A stretch of DNA of 64,000 nt from the NCBI GenBank assembly GCA_030704615.1, contig CM060734.1:27838001-27902000 (forward strand). The letters are read 5' to 3'. A program made the translations under genes and the position numbers. The notes under the pieces were generated by a model. The model worked only from the letters and a program-made list of their open reading frames with translations. It did no database searches and was not told where the DNA came from. Of this stretch, positions 25,920-38,262 are shown piece by piece (position 1 is the stretch's first letter; each line of letters begins with the position of its first letter). The DNA comes from Takakia lepidozioides. Lineage: Eukaryota; Plantae; Bryophyta.

Positions 25920-26960
25920 AATCGTGTTTCAATCTCTACCTACTCGAATGCACCGTGGCCGCTCTCACGACCTATCCGACATTACCTAACTATAGACATA
26001 TAGCACACACAAGAGGTCCTCTTGGGTTCATGGTCAGTCGAATCCTCCATGGGTCAAGATACAAGGTCGACGACAATCTGGTGAGGGCACCTTCTTCTTC
26101 GACCTATTTCAGCTTGTTTTGCCCTCTCATCAGACTCGACCCTGCATTTGCAACACGGAGCAGAGCTGACATGAGTTTTTGAAAGATCCTTCGCGATGGT
26201 GGGACAACCGCAATCGGAAGGTGTGGCTTTTTCTTAATGTACGATGTGAAGAAGATTGTCCATCGTGCAAATGTGGGCTCTCGGCTCCTGTTAGTACCTT
26301 GATTTGGTATTCTTCCTGATGTTTACAAGGTTCTTGGGAGAGTCAGCTTTGTCTTAGCATGTCGTGTTTCAATCTCTGCCCGCTCAGTTGCACCGTGGTG
26401 GTTCTCACGGACCAATCCGACATTACCTGACTACGGACACAAGCAGCACACACAAGATGTACGATGTGAAGAAGTTTGTCCATCATGCAAATGTGGGCTG
26501 TTGCCTCCTGGTAGTACCATGATTTGGTCTTCTTCCTGATGTTTACAAGGTTCTTGGGAGAGTCAGCTTGGTCTTAGCAGGCCAGGTTACAATCTCTGCC
26601 TGCTCAGCTGCACCGTGGTGGTTCTCACAGACCAATCCGACAGTACCTGACTATAGACACAAACAACACACACAAGAGGTTCTTTGGTTTGATGGTCGGT
26701 CAAATCCTCCATGGGTCATGACACAACGTCAAGGTCGACAATGTGGTGAGGGCACCTTCTTCTTCAACCTCTTTCTACCTGTTTTACCCTCTCATCAGCT
26801 CGGCCCTAAGATACATATTGAATTCTGTAAGTTAGCTCGTTTGGTGGATCTGTGGTGGTTAGGAGTGACTTTGACAAATTATTGACGATGTGGCAGCAGA
26901 AAAGTATCCAAAAACAGATCTAACATAGATGAGGAGAAGCTCGTTGGTGGATCTATGGTG
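25920..26960 (+). pseudogene. OSB-like (organellar ssDNA-binding) PDF-motif exon fragments, tandemly repeated three times
   Basis: AG|TNPTVPDYRHKQHTQEVLWFDGRSNPPWV (26631-26719) matches the NP..PDFKHK...LW...PPWV half of the PDF motif. Similar copies near 25968 and 26410. Confidence 0.65.
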
Positions 26961-27189
26961 GTTTTGGAGTGATTTTGACATGTTACTGTAGGTAGGGTTA
27001 GGGCGTCAGTCTCAGTTGCTTCAGCTGCTAGCTGCAGCAAGGCTGAGGATGTATTCACGATTTGTACACATGCATGGATAGCTGAAGGAGTGCAGGGATA
27101 GATTGTGGGTCCAGATTCATCGAAGAGGCACGGATTTCAAGCTCCAAATCGTATGTCTGTCTCTTGCTTAAGTGAAAGATGAAAGGTCT

Positions 27190-27720
27190 GGAAGCTGGAA
27201 ACAAGTGCACACTCACATTATCCAAAGTGGATTCACGCCAAATGTTTTTCTACTCAACACCCTTGTCAACATGTATGTTAAGTGTGTGGAGATGCTCACC
27301 AAGTTTTCCATAGAGTGCCTCAACGATCTTTGATCACGTGGAATATAATGTTGGCAGGATTTACCAAGGATGGGTGTGGTAGGAATGCTTTGGAGACCTA
27401 TGAGCAACTGCTGCGCGAAGGGTGAAGCCCAACCACATGACGTTTGTTTGTGTTTGCAATGCGTGTACAAGGCTGGGAGCTCTAGAAAAGGGGAAAGAGG
27501 TCCATGGTGACATAGTCAAAGCTGGATTTGTACCAGATGTCATTCTGAACCCTGCCCTGGTGGACATGTATGCCAAATGTGGGTGCATTGAGGATGCCAA
27601 GGGAGTGTTCAACACTATGGCTGAACGAGATGTGGTGTCGGAAGCTCGACCACATCATGTTTGTGTGCGTTTGCAGTGTGTGTGCAAGCCTGGCAGCCCT
27701 GGAAAGCACATGCAGGTCAT
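27190..27720 (+). pseudogene. PLS-class pentatricopeptide repeat gene fragment
   Basis: KPNHMTFVCVCNACTRLGALEKGKEVHGDIVKAGFVPDVILNPALVDMYAKCGCIEDAKGVFNTMAERDVVS. Confidence 0.9.
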
Positions 27721-28201
27721 CCATGATGTCCTCCCCCATGTCTCACAGACTGGAAACAAGTTCAGGAAAGTTTTTTGCCTAACTTCATTTTCATCAGACA
27801 ATTTCATGGCAGCAGACATGGCTTTGGCCACTACAGCCTCTAAGTTAGATTTATCTAGCAGGGTCAAGACTTGCGGATCCAGATTCAGATCCTTGAGAAT
27901 TTTTGGGCATCCATGTGTGTGTGCAGGGGTTCAGCTGCAGGATCATTGGTGGCGTATGCACTCTCAATCATTGGCATTGACCCTATCAAGCATGGTCTCT
28001 ATTATCCTCTCCCAAGTGCATGTTTGTGAAGTCCCTTGATTGATGACAGCTCATATAGCCTCTACTTGCTATATTTACTACTCAACAAGGTTTTCATATG
28101 TGTAATGCTGAAGCAATAACTGAACCTAGACACGGACACCAAGTCCAGGAGCTGTGAGACACAAGCTAAAGTTGTCGCTGACATGGGGGTTGGGCATGCA
28201 G

Positions 28202-29618
28202 GGCTCCTATTTGAACGGTTTTTGAATGAGGAACGGCAGTCGTTGCCTGATATTGACACTGACTTTTGTCCTGAGCAGCGTGACAAGGTGGGTACAATGC
28301 CACAGAACTTTGCAAGCCCCAATACACCTGCATGTACGTGGGAAGTACCATTAGGAGGGAAGAAGGTTGACAGTTGGAGGGGAACAGGATGGCGCAACAA
28401 AGTGAATGAATTGTGCTGACAGAAACAGAGGCTGTTACAAGATGTAATTAAAGGAACTTTATGCCTTGGATTTTCTCCTGTAAAATGAACTAAAGCTGAC
28501 GAGGGATGCCACAGGTGATTGCATATGTTACCAACAAATATGGAGAGGACCAGGTAGCACAAATCGCAACATTGACACGATTGACATCAAAAGCTATATT
28601 GAAAGATGTGGGGTGTATGCTGGGGAAGCCCTACCGTGAATGTGCTGAGTTGATCGAGCTGGTCAGGAACTGTGTTTGATGTTTGGTTTCTCTAATTTAA
28701 TGGTTTGGAGGTCCAATTTCACTTTATCTCTTTTTGGCATGTTTCACCTTACTTGAGGCCTTGGTTAAATTGATCTTGTGTCAGTTTATTGTGCTTCACC
28801 TGCTTTTATGTGATTTCACCCGGGGATAAAATATATAGATGGGTGGTAACAGGTGCCAAGTATTCGGGGGAAGACTATGAAGTTGGCAAACATGATAACA
28901 TGCAACTCTCCCTCCAAGAAGTCTGTCAAGCGCTATCATGAGAACTTGGAGGTTCATCCCTAATTGATTTCACGTTATCTTGCTTAGCAGGTGGAACACA
29001 ATGATTTCCTCTTCTTTTTCCTTGTGATCTGATCCTCATTCTGGGTAGGGTTTTAACCTTTGACATAACTAAACAGTTTTTTTGTGTTCTGATTCCAGCT
29101 TCGGCTCGTTGAAATGTGAGCCAATACAGGATTGTCATTCTGTATGTGTCCCCTCATGAATACGAGCTATTGACATTATCCAAGGTCTCTTGGGAAGGTC
29201 TTGATGCTGACTCAAATCTATACTGATGGGTGAAGGTGTGGGTAGACATGGCCATGGCATTGGAGGATAAAAGCTTTGGTGTGCATCCAGCAGGCTTGGT
29301 CATTGCTCCTGTCTGACTGAGGTCATTCTCCCCGGGATTATTGACCCAGATTATTGACCCATGCAGGTAGTTCCCTTACGGCATGCCCTTGGTGAGAAGG
29401 GCATGGTGGTCACACAATACACAATGGATGGAGTTGAGGCCCTGGGTTTGCTGAAGATGGACTTGTTGGGTCTGAAGAATCTCACTTTGATAGCACTTGT
29501 TTACAAGTTGGTGCATGATAACTATGGCTTAGAGCTGGTGCCATTGGAGAAGCTACCCACTGACAATATCAAAACGTTTGAGCTTCCTGCAAGTGGACAA
29601 CTTGACGGTATATTCCAA
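28202..29618 (+). pseudogene. dnaE: Intron-containing fragment of a cyanobacterial-type DNA polymerase III alpha subunit
   Basis: Exons: 28202-28287 ([22 protein letters not shown]); 28515-28661 (KYGEDQVAQIATLTRLTSKAILKDVG); 28853-about 28920 (VPSIRGKTMKL); about 29230-29321 (WVDMAMALEDKSFGVHPAGLVI); 29367-29618 (TQYTMDGVEALGLLKMDLLGLKNLT..GQLDGIFQ). Most exon borders have GT/AG. Confidence 0.9.
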
Positions 29619-30499
29619 GTTTGGTTTGCTTCTCTCTTCTAACTAGACAAACATATTGCAAGGTGCAGCAGAATAGAACTTGCATCAGAGCGGGAAGTTT
29701 CAAGAGGCTAACAAATGCTGACCACCTCAGAATAGAAGCCTTCTATACTCATACCTTGTCTCCTTTTGAACACGACCATGAACCCCTTCTGAACAAAAGG
29801 CTGGGGAGCTCTTCTATTCAGGCTATCCAGCTGAAACTCAACCGCTAAAAAGCTACATTGCTTGAGGCTGGACAAACTTCCTTATAAACACGTGTTAAAG
29901 TCTCATTTCGCTGGACCCTAACACCGGGTGGTGGTCTACCACTTCCACTCGACGACATATACGCTGAAGTGTAATAAGAACTTGACCACACAATTTTATA
30001 ACTCAAGAGTACAGATATGCAATTGCTTGCTTTGTAACATGGTCTGTAGAACTCCACAAATCTCACCAACTTGTCATGTGTGTAAAAGGTGCATGGTTGC
30101 ATCACCAAAGCTGGAATTGTACCAGATGTGATTATGAACAATACCCTCCTGGGCATGGATAGCTGAAGGCGCATGGATAGAGAATGGGTGCAGATTCATC
30201 CAAGAGGGCTGGATTTCAAGCTCCAAATTACCTATGATTCCCTGTGGAAGGATAGCTACAAGAAACCTGCATAGGTAGATGGTCAACTGGAAGCCGCAGC
30301 AGCAGCGACAAATCAGGCACTGCTAATGAAGGCACCTTCTTCAACACATGAGACCCTGTTTTTCCCTCTTAACAAAATCGGCCCTAAATTTCTATGTTGA
30401 ATTCTGCAAGTTAGCTGGTTGAGTGAATGTAGTTTGGAGTGACTTTGACATGATACTGCCAATGTGACAACAGGAAAGTATCAAAAAACAGGTAACAGA

Positions 30500-30568
30500 G
30501 ATGAGGACAAGCTGTGGAATGAATACTTTTCTGACCCCAGTCAATGGTGGGACAACTGAGGCAAAAAT
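30500..30568 (+). pseudogene. OSB-like PDF motif N-terminal half
   Basis: DEDKLWNEYFSDPSQWWDN*GKN|GT matches LW..FF.NP..WWDNR..K; the TGA is probably a decayed CGA. Confidence 0.7.
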
Positions 30569-30595
30569 GTGTATGCCTATCAATTACCATATATC

Positions 30596-30715
30596 ATTAT
30601 GAACACTGCCCTGGTGGACATGTATGCCAAATGTGGGTGCATCGAGGATGCAAAGGGAGTGTTCAATACTATGGCTGAATGAGATGTGGTGTCGTGGAGT
30701 GCGATGCTTGCAGCC
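30596..30715 (+). pseudogene. Duplicated PPR fragment
   Basis: ccctggtggacatgtatgccaaatgtgggtgcat...gatgtggtgtcg is nearly identical to 27555-27640. Confidence 0.85.
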
Positions 30716-31588
30716 ACCGCGCTACCTGTCAGCACTTGACAACTCCCAAACCTCCAGTCCTTGACTGCCAGAATGGGGTAAGGGTTCCCTACCTACAATT
30801 TTCCATTTTGCACACATCGAGTTTGTGTAATGGTGCTTAGACATTCTTAGCGATGTTAATTTGTTTCACATATGTCAATGTTGCTGGTGCTATTATATTG
30901 CCTGAAAGCTTGCTCAAGTATCTTCTGCCGTTTTCGGGCTGGATGACAATTGAAGGTGGGTGACCAAGTCCGGCCAAGCCAGTGTATACATATTCTGCGC
31001 AGGCATTTGGAAGTCTACTTAGACTTTGCAGCTTTGTGCATTTTTGTAGCAGCTCCAGATTAGATTATGGAACGGATCTCTGAACATTAAGTCACGTTGT
31101 ATTTGAATTGATGTTCCAATTTCAAATGTGCTTTCATGTTTCAATGGTGTTTTCGAGTGCTTTCAATGTTGCTTTCATGTTTCAATGCTGCTAGAGTCAG
31201 GCCCATGACTACGGTCATGTACACGACTACCTCCCATCCACAGAGCCTCCGCCACGTGCCACTTTCACCCCTCATGTTCGCCCATATTCGTGCCATGTGC
31301 AGTATCCATAGTGCGCCATGGAAGTCATATGTGCCGTCATTCGTTTAATCTCATATTACTCAGGGATGTATGAGACGATATTCTGAAGACGCTGCGGAAG
31401 TTTCAAAGCGAACGAAAATCATTTGGATAGGCATCCATCCGTTGGCCCATTGAACAAATTTCGTTTCATCTCATATTACACTGGGACCCGTCTTATGGTA
31501 TGTGGAACATACTGGCCTGAAGTTTGAAAGTAAACAAAACTCATCTGGATGGGCAACCGTCCGTTGGGCCATTGAATGAATTTCGATT

Positions 31589-33416
31589 TGTCGCGGCCCT
31601 TTGCCTTGAGGGCGGGGGGGCGGAACACAAGAGGGGCTGCCCCTGTGGTGGGGGTAGTGGCAACGTTAGGGGCTCATCACGGTCCATTGGGCCGTGGTAC
31701 CAGGTGGGCCAAGACTCACTATGACTCACAAGGAATCGAGGGTCTTGGTGGTGGTTCACCATAAAAGGATTTGGTTATTTGCGAAACCCCCGTCGACACC
31801 TACAAAAAAATATATAGGGAGTAGTAACCCCGAGAACAGTGCAAGCCCGTTGAGTGACCAAAAGGTAGTGAATAAGCAAGCGAGCTGGAAAGCGACCAAG
31901 GTGTGGGAGCTATTCCGGACTGCCATCAACCAAAGGGAATTTCCATTGGGCCCGATAGTTTGAGGGTCCTGTGTGGGAGCAATGGGGACCGTTATGCCCC
32001 GGTGAGAAGCCGAAGCTCCGAGTTGGCCTGGCGGCCAGGTTGGGAGTTAGGCACGCGCATCAAAGCGAGTAACTATGACTTGAAGGGGAGTTTACCAAAG
32101 TGAGGTGCGCAACACTTGATATCAGAGCCTAGGGTTCAGTATGCGATCGCCCTTGGGATTGGCCTCACTATGGGGCCGAGCGAGACCAAGCGAAAGCGCA
32201 ACGGCCTGAAAGCCGATGATCCTAGTGAGCCTGGTGGGGCCGACGCGATGCCGGAGCGGCAAACGAAAGAGGTTATTTATGCTTCTGAAAGCGAGGCCGC
32301 TCAAGAGCAAGAGACATTTGGGGAGTCGGTGCCAGTCCAACAGATGCCGCTAATGCCACCAACTTTCTGGGAAGGCTTTCTGGCGCAGTTTGGCGGGACG
32401 TTGAAAGACGTGATGAGGGCGGCTACTCCACTTCAACTAAGGCGAAGTTTAAGGTGAAGCCTAAGGAACCCGACACCTTCGAGGGCGTCCGAAATCGGAG
32501 GGCACTCAACACCTGGCTCTTGGAGCTGGAGCAGTACTTCCGGGCGGCCAAGCTGAGTGACGAGGATCGGGTGGAAGTGGCTCCCACCTATTTGAGGGGC
32601 TATGCTCAACAATGGTGGCAGAAGCGTCTTAATAACCAAGGGCCAAACCCTGAGCCCTTGAGTTGGGGTGAGTTCAAGGAACTCATGAAAAAACAGTTTG
32701 TACCTCTCCACGCGTCCTGGCTTGCTCGGGACAAAATGAGGAACTTGAAGCAAATAGATGACATTCGAGGATATGTTCAGACTTTCAATGTATTGTTGTT
32801 TGAAGTCGCGGACATGGTGGAATCAGATATGGTCTTCAAATTTGTGGCGGGACTGGCCCCATGGGCTAAGCGGAAGTTGGAGGAGATGCCACCAAAGACT
32901 TTGAACGAGGCCATTGAAAGGGCTGAATGCTTCTCGGATGTCATTATGGGTGAAAGACAAGGCCGTACGGAGCCGAACCACAAGAAGGTCCGACGGGAAT
33001 GTGATTGATTCCGGTCGGAAAAGAAGTGGGATAAGCCACACGACGACAATGACAATGACAATTGGAGATCGAAGGGAGGGCCTTTGCATGCCAGGGCGGC
33101 ACCCGGTGCTCCGAAAAGAAAAATAGGTGGACGGCACATGGCAGGCAGATGACGACCTTTGATGGGGCGTGCTTTAATTGCGGGGAGACTAGGCACATGG
33201 CCAAAAAGTGCCCGAAACCCCGACAGTTGAACATGACAACGGGGACCACGGAGCTTTCCGAAGACTCCATCAACCGCTTGGTGGAGGCAGTGGTCGCCAA
33301 GACTTTGCAAGGTAGGCGACTACACGTGTGAGCTGTTCCAGGAGGCTGAAGCATCACGTAGCGGAAGCCGCTTCATGTTCGTAAGTAGCAAAATTTTCGG
33401 AACTAACATGTCGTTG
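31589..33416 (+). mobile_element. 5' part of chromoviral family A element (LTR 31589-32114, tRNA-Met PBS, gag, start of protease)
   Basis: LTR TG...CA followed by TGATATCAGAGC; gag KPKEPDTFEG..WLLELEQYF; CFNCGETRHMAKKC; ends at FMFVSSKIFGTNMSL, before the protease active site. Confidence 0.92.
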
Positions 33417-33423
33417 TCGTATA

Positions 33424-34361
33424 GACGGTCGCTTTATTTTAAAAAAAAACAAAAAAGAGCGATCGCCATTGGGCGGTCGCATCATCTTTTATAAATACCA
33501 AAAAGAGCGACCACCATATGGTGGTCGTTTCATTTAAAACAAATACCTAAAAAAACGACCGCCGTATTGACGGTCGTTTCATTTTAAAAAAACAAAAAAG
33601 AACGCCCGCCATAGGACGGTCGCTTCACTTTTTAGAAAAACTTAACAGAGCGACCGCCGTAGTGGCAGTCGCTTCATTTTTTTTTAAAAAAAATAAAGAA
33701 ATTGCAAAAAAAAACATAAACGAGCGACCGCCGAATTGGCGGTCACTTCAGTTTCTTAAAAAGAGAAGAAGAGCGACCGCCGTATGGCGGTCCCCACAGT
33801 TTTTTTTTTTTAATTTTTTTTTTTAAAACAATTTTTTTTCTTCGTAGTGACTCAGCGCAGATGACACGTAGTGCTTAAGAATAATCGACTTGTGCTTGTA
33901 GCTCAATCGGATAGAGCACCAAACTACGGATTTGGGGGTTGAGAGAAAACTTAAAGGAGCGACCGCCGTAATGGCGGTCGCTTCAGTTTTTTCATTTTTT
34001 AAAATATTAAAAATTTGTTATTATTATTTTAAAAAAAACTTATAGGAGCGACCGCCAATAATCGCTTCAGTTTTTTAAAAAGTGAAAAAGAGCGACCGCC
34101 ATCGGGCGGTCGCTTCATTTTCTTAAGAATTGTTTTTAAAAAAAATTGTAAATTTATAATTAAAAAATAAAATAAAGGAGCGACCTCTGTATTGGCAGTC
34201 ACTTCACTTTCTTAAAAAGCGAAGAAGAGCGACCGCCGTATGGCGATCGCTTCATTTTTTTTATTTTAAAAAACTTATTTTAAAATTTAACTTTTTTTTT
34301 AAAATAAAAAATAAAATAAAATAAAAACTTAAAGGAGAGACCGCCGTATTGGCGGTTGCTT
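33424..34361. repeat. Array of about 14 palindromes GAGCGACCGCC-n4/5-GGCGGTCGCT separated by A/T tracts
   Basis: Copies near 33424 (half), 33457, 33504, 33556, 33601, 33648, 33722, 33771, 33957, 34046, 34090, 34177, 34227 and 34334. Confidence 0.92.
33892..33945 (+). tRNA. trnR: 3'-truncated tRNA-Arg(ACG), probably organellar (mitochondrial) in origin; non-functional
   Basis: GTGCTTGTAGCTCAATCGGATAGAGCA D-arm; anticodon stem CCAAA/TTTGG with loop CTACGGA; breaks off before the T-loop. Confidence 0.8.
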
Positions 34362-34364
34362 CAC

Positions 34365-36768
34365 CTGCCTCCGTCAACGGCTCCAAGTTTTTGAGTGCCT
34401 CGAGCTCGTGTTCGGATACTTCTTGAATAGTTCAAGCTCCACATCAGGAATAACTTTTGCTAGCAAGTCCAACCACCAAGAGCAAGGCAGATGACTGGCT
34501 TTGACGTAGAGGGCCAACTGCCTTCCATTATACATTGTGCAGTCACCCCGCTCACTAGCCCACTGTGTCACCATGGCCGGCATACACTTGATGTGCTTGT
34601 TGGCGAGCAAGTAAAAGTTGAGGTACCTACCAAAAAAAATGTTGACATGTTCAAAGCTCGTCAGTTGCTGTCCTAACCCTCACCCTCAATCCATATATTT
34701 GCGCTTACATACATGTATAGGAGTGAGACATTTGACGTACCTGTATACAATTCTGCGGGCGGGCAAGCATCCCCCAGGCTGCTCGGTAATCGGCCAACTA
34801 CGGCCAGGGCCATCCTTCATCTCCGACCAAAACAACTCTCTCCAATACTTTATGCGGAATTCATCCACCCACTCAGAGACAGACTTAATGGACGGTGCCT
34901 CTGCCGGGGTTGGTAGTTGTAAGAACCCTTTTTTAACGAGCATCTGTAGCTGCCGCTCAGCTTCCTCCTTTTGCTGCGAGTCCAAACAAAGTGTGAGCAA
35001 AATAGCCCATGAATTAGAGGTGAAGAGAAACGAAAGTCACGAGCAAAGCCACATTACCTGGAACCACCACGTCATTTTGTCCAACCACAACCCAAAAAAC
35101 AACGTCTGTTGGAGCAGTGGGAAATTTCACATCTTTCCGCGTCCCAGGGTCGGAATTCCAAATCTTCAACCACGCTACCTTCTCCTCAGCACTGACCTCA
35201 CTGGTGGCCAGCATCTGCAAATTCATTTCCCAAAGCTGGATCGCATATATTGAGGAGTAGTTTGCAACGTTCGTGTACTACTTCGTCTTATGCGCTTGAA
35301 AATCGTTTGCAATGGCCTTCTTTATGAGATCTGTGTTTTCTGCAGTGGCAGACAAATGCGCATGGGCATCCAAGCATGCGTTTTTTATTCTCCGAAATCC
35401 CTCTTGGCCCACGTACTCTATGAGAGCGTCTCGCGGCATCGTCATCCAATTCCCATCCCGCTTGTTTAAACACTTTTCGTAAACGTCTGGTGGGAGTGCA
35501 GATTGGTACTGCTCCACAGGAGTTGTAGCGCATTTCTGGAAGTAGAAGAGATTGTGCGGGAGTTCCGATGACACATTTCCACGATCTGTCACGCTGTGCA
35601 ATGAACAGTGCCAAGGGACTTAGTCGGCAACGACTATGTGAACAATAAGCATCCAATCGTATATAGTCGGCTCCGACTACAAGCTAACCATTAAACGTTA
35701 ATTTATCTATTTCATTTTCCGTAAATCACTTAGTATCCTTCCGAGTGAGTGCTGCAGTCGGGACCGACTAATACACCGTGCTGGAATCAATAGAGAATTA
35801 AAACAAGAATGAAACAATAAACATAAAGCACGTCTACTTCTGCCCTCCACATTCAGTGTAAAGCAAACGAGGTTCGTAAAAGGTTAATGCAGTGGTAGTC
35901 GGCACCGACTATATCCCCAATATCGCCCAACTTGTGCGTAGGGAGTTGTAGTCGGTCCCGACTACACCCCATTGTCGTGCATGGGCATTATTGTCTCTGC
36001 AGTGTGCATGTCCATAATGTGCACTAATCGTTGCCGACTATAACCACGTTTGGAGAGGTGTGGATACAATAGGTGCAGGATCACCCATGCTCAGGGTGAA
36101 ATGAAAGGTACGCTCATGTGAGCAGAGATGTAAAGGACCTGCCATTGTGCCGACCATTTTTCCCGATCCGCGGCTTCGATTTCTTGCGACTCTCCATTGT
36201 CGTTGTTCGTAGAAAGCAGCAGTGAGGCCAAGGCGTCGTTGTACCTATCCGCTTCGAAGAATAGCTTGAGCTTGTTGATGCCCGGTCGCTCTGCCATTCG
36301 AACAACCGGAAGTGGCTTCATCCTACACAACGGGATTCGTGGAGGAGCCCCATTCTTCAGCAAGTGCGCAATGGAGCTCATAGTGTGGTTCATCGCGCTT
36401 GTTGTCAAGGACAAAAGCGCTTGCTTGCGCATGTCAGTAGTCAACACTACGTCTGCTTGAACGTTGAAGGCACCCGCCGGATTGGAGGTCCCACCTCCCT
36501 GTGCGCTTGTGGCTGGACCAGGCGAGGCGCCGGTTGCTGCTGTAGGGGGCGATTGAGGAATGCGTTCCCCGGAGAAGGTGGCGGCTGTGGACACCATGCC
36601 TCCTTCCTGCGAGGTCATTCCTTTCTTCCGGAGCTTCCCGGTCTTCTTTGGTGGTTTACCCGGATCGCCCTCAGTACTCTGCTGGGAGACGACCGTGCGA
36701 GTGCGCAGGACCCTACGATTTTGCGTGGACAGGGCAAACTCGTCGTCGTCATCCCCAATGTGCTCCAT
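34365..36768 (-). pseudogene. Spliced ParB/Srx-like gene of copy 2 (the exon expected to carry DGxHR is absent)
   Basis: Exon 1 (36768-36139) RIPLCRMKPLPVVRMAERPGINKLKLFF..LLLSTNNDNGE..KWSAQWQ aligns with copy 1 MIPLCRLISMPFVRPALTNDIQKLEHDF..FYVSLADSASRE..GWDPIWR. Further AG/GT-bounded exons at about 35593-35058, 34974-34741 and 34667-34365. Confidence 0.7.
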
Positions 36769-38262
36769 GACTCAACTTCCGCAACTCCACAGTGCAAAGG
36801 AAGGCGAAGGGTCGGGAGGTGGAAAAGTTCACAGCAGGGGGCACAGTGGAGCACACACAAAGGCATGACAAAACAACTGTATGTGGCCCTCAACGGATGC
36901 CTAAAATACTACACCTATGCTTACGAGCCACGTGCCCTCATCCATGTTGGATGCGTACTCCGTGGAACGCGGCGAAATCTCCACTCCAAAATTCGATTTC
37001 AAAAATGAATGGATGCTAGCATCCCCAAAAACGTCATCCACTTCCACATTCACAACAGTTTTTCATTCGTACATTATATGGAACAAGTTCAATTTGAATT
37101 TCGTGCGTACATACTTGTGGCCGAAAATGTTACATAGTAGTACTATAATAGTTTATTACTAATAAAAAAATAAAACCCACAATACAATTTCATCGTCCCG
37201 AACTGTATTGCGTAATGGCCACATGGAACACATTCATTGACCAATTAGCCATTTCTGTTTCGGACTCATCGTATGGACACGAAAGAGCGAAGCGAAGTTT
37301 ACCGACATTTAAGCGACGTTTATCAAGCGTCCAAGACCGCAGGTTTTGGACACACCAAAACCTCGCATTACAACTTGTTCTATGCGAAATAATGTAGTCG
37401 GCAACGACTACATTCCAATTGTTCAATGGGTGTCATGATTCCAACGGATAGTCGCTACCGACTACATGCACATGCCACACCGTCATCGTCATGATGTAGA
37501 TTACCGTAGTCGTTCCCGACTATGTGTTCATGGAGCATACACTTTTGAAGGACCACGGAAAATCCGGCTTTCCATAAGCGTTATGAAGGGCCGTCAACGA
37601 CCAAACGATACCATGCAAACTTAACATTTTTTCATTTTGTATGCTAATGTTGTAGTCGGCAGCGACTACTATGGAATTTAACAATGGGTGGCATTATCCG
37701 TGCGGATAGTCGCTACCGACTACCACCACAACAGGTCATTGAAAATATACTTCGCACATATTTTACCATCTAGGCTATGTAGTCGGCATCGACTACAGTC
37801 GATTTTTCCGCCAATCCCCTGTTTTTGTAGTCGGTGGCGACTTCCCGTATGTGTATAAAAACCGAGTGGAGGATGTTGGAGTCGGTACCGACTACCACCA
37901 ACCCCGGAATGTGGAAGCTCTCACTTTCGGTGTCTTCACTCCATAGTCGGCTCCGACTATGTCCAAATGGACGATTTCAATGGACGCCCACATAGTCATC
38001 ATTACCACCTTTCGAAGGTGGTAATGATGTCTCCAGTCGGTGCCGATTATAGCACTTACATAATGTACCCCCTATCCCAATCCCACACGACATGAGGAGT
38101 GCGACATTGTGAGAACAAATTGTGAGAGCGAATTGTGAGAACAAATTCCACATATGAGAGGTCACAATGGGTTTTTTATTGATCCACATTACTTGCAAAT
38201 GAAGCTCGCCAACTCTACTCCTGCTGCTTGCAAGTGAAAAGCATATGCCGAGTGAATAGAAG

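Noticed and set aside
28202-29618. Bacterial contamination or a functional dnaE gene at this locus
   Set aside because: GT-AG introns and plant flanking sequence argue against contamination. Only an internal part is present, with lesions, so it is not called functional.
33892-33945. Functional tRNA gene
   Set aside because: T-loop and 3' acceptor strand are missing.
33424-34361. CRISPR array
   Set aside because: Repeats are palindromic but degenerate, spacers are low-complexity A/T tracts of variable length that resemble one another, there are no cas genes, and the context is eukaryotic.
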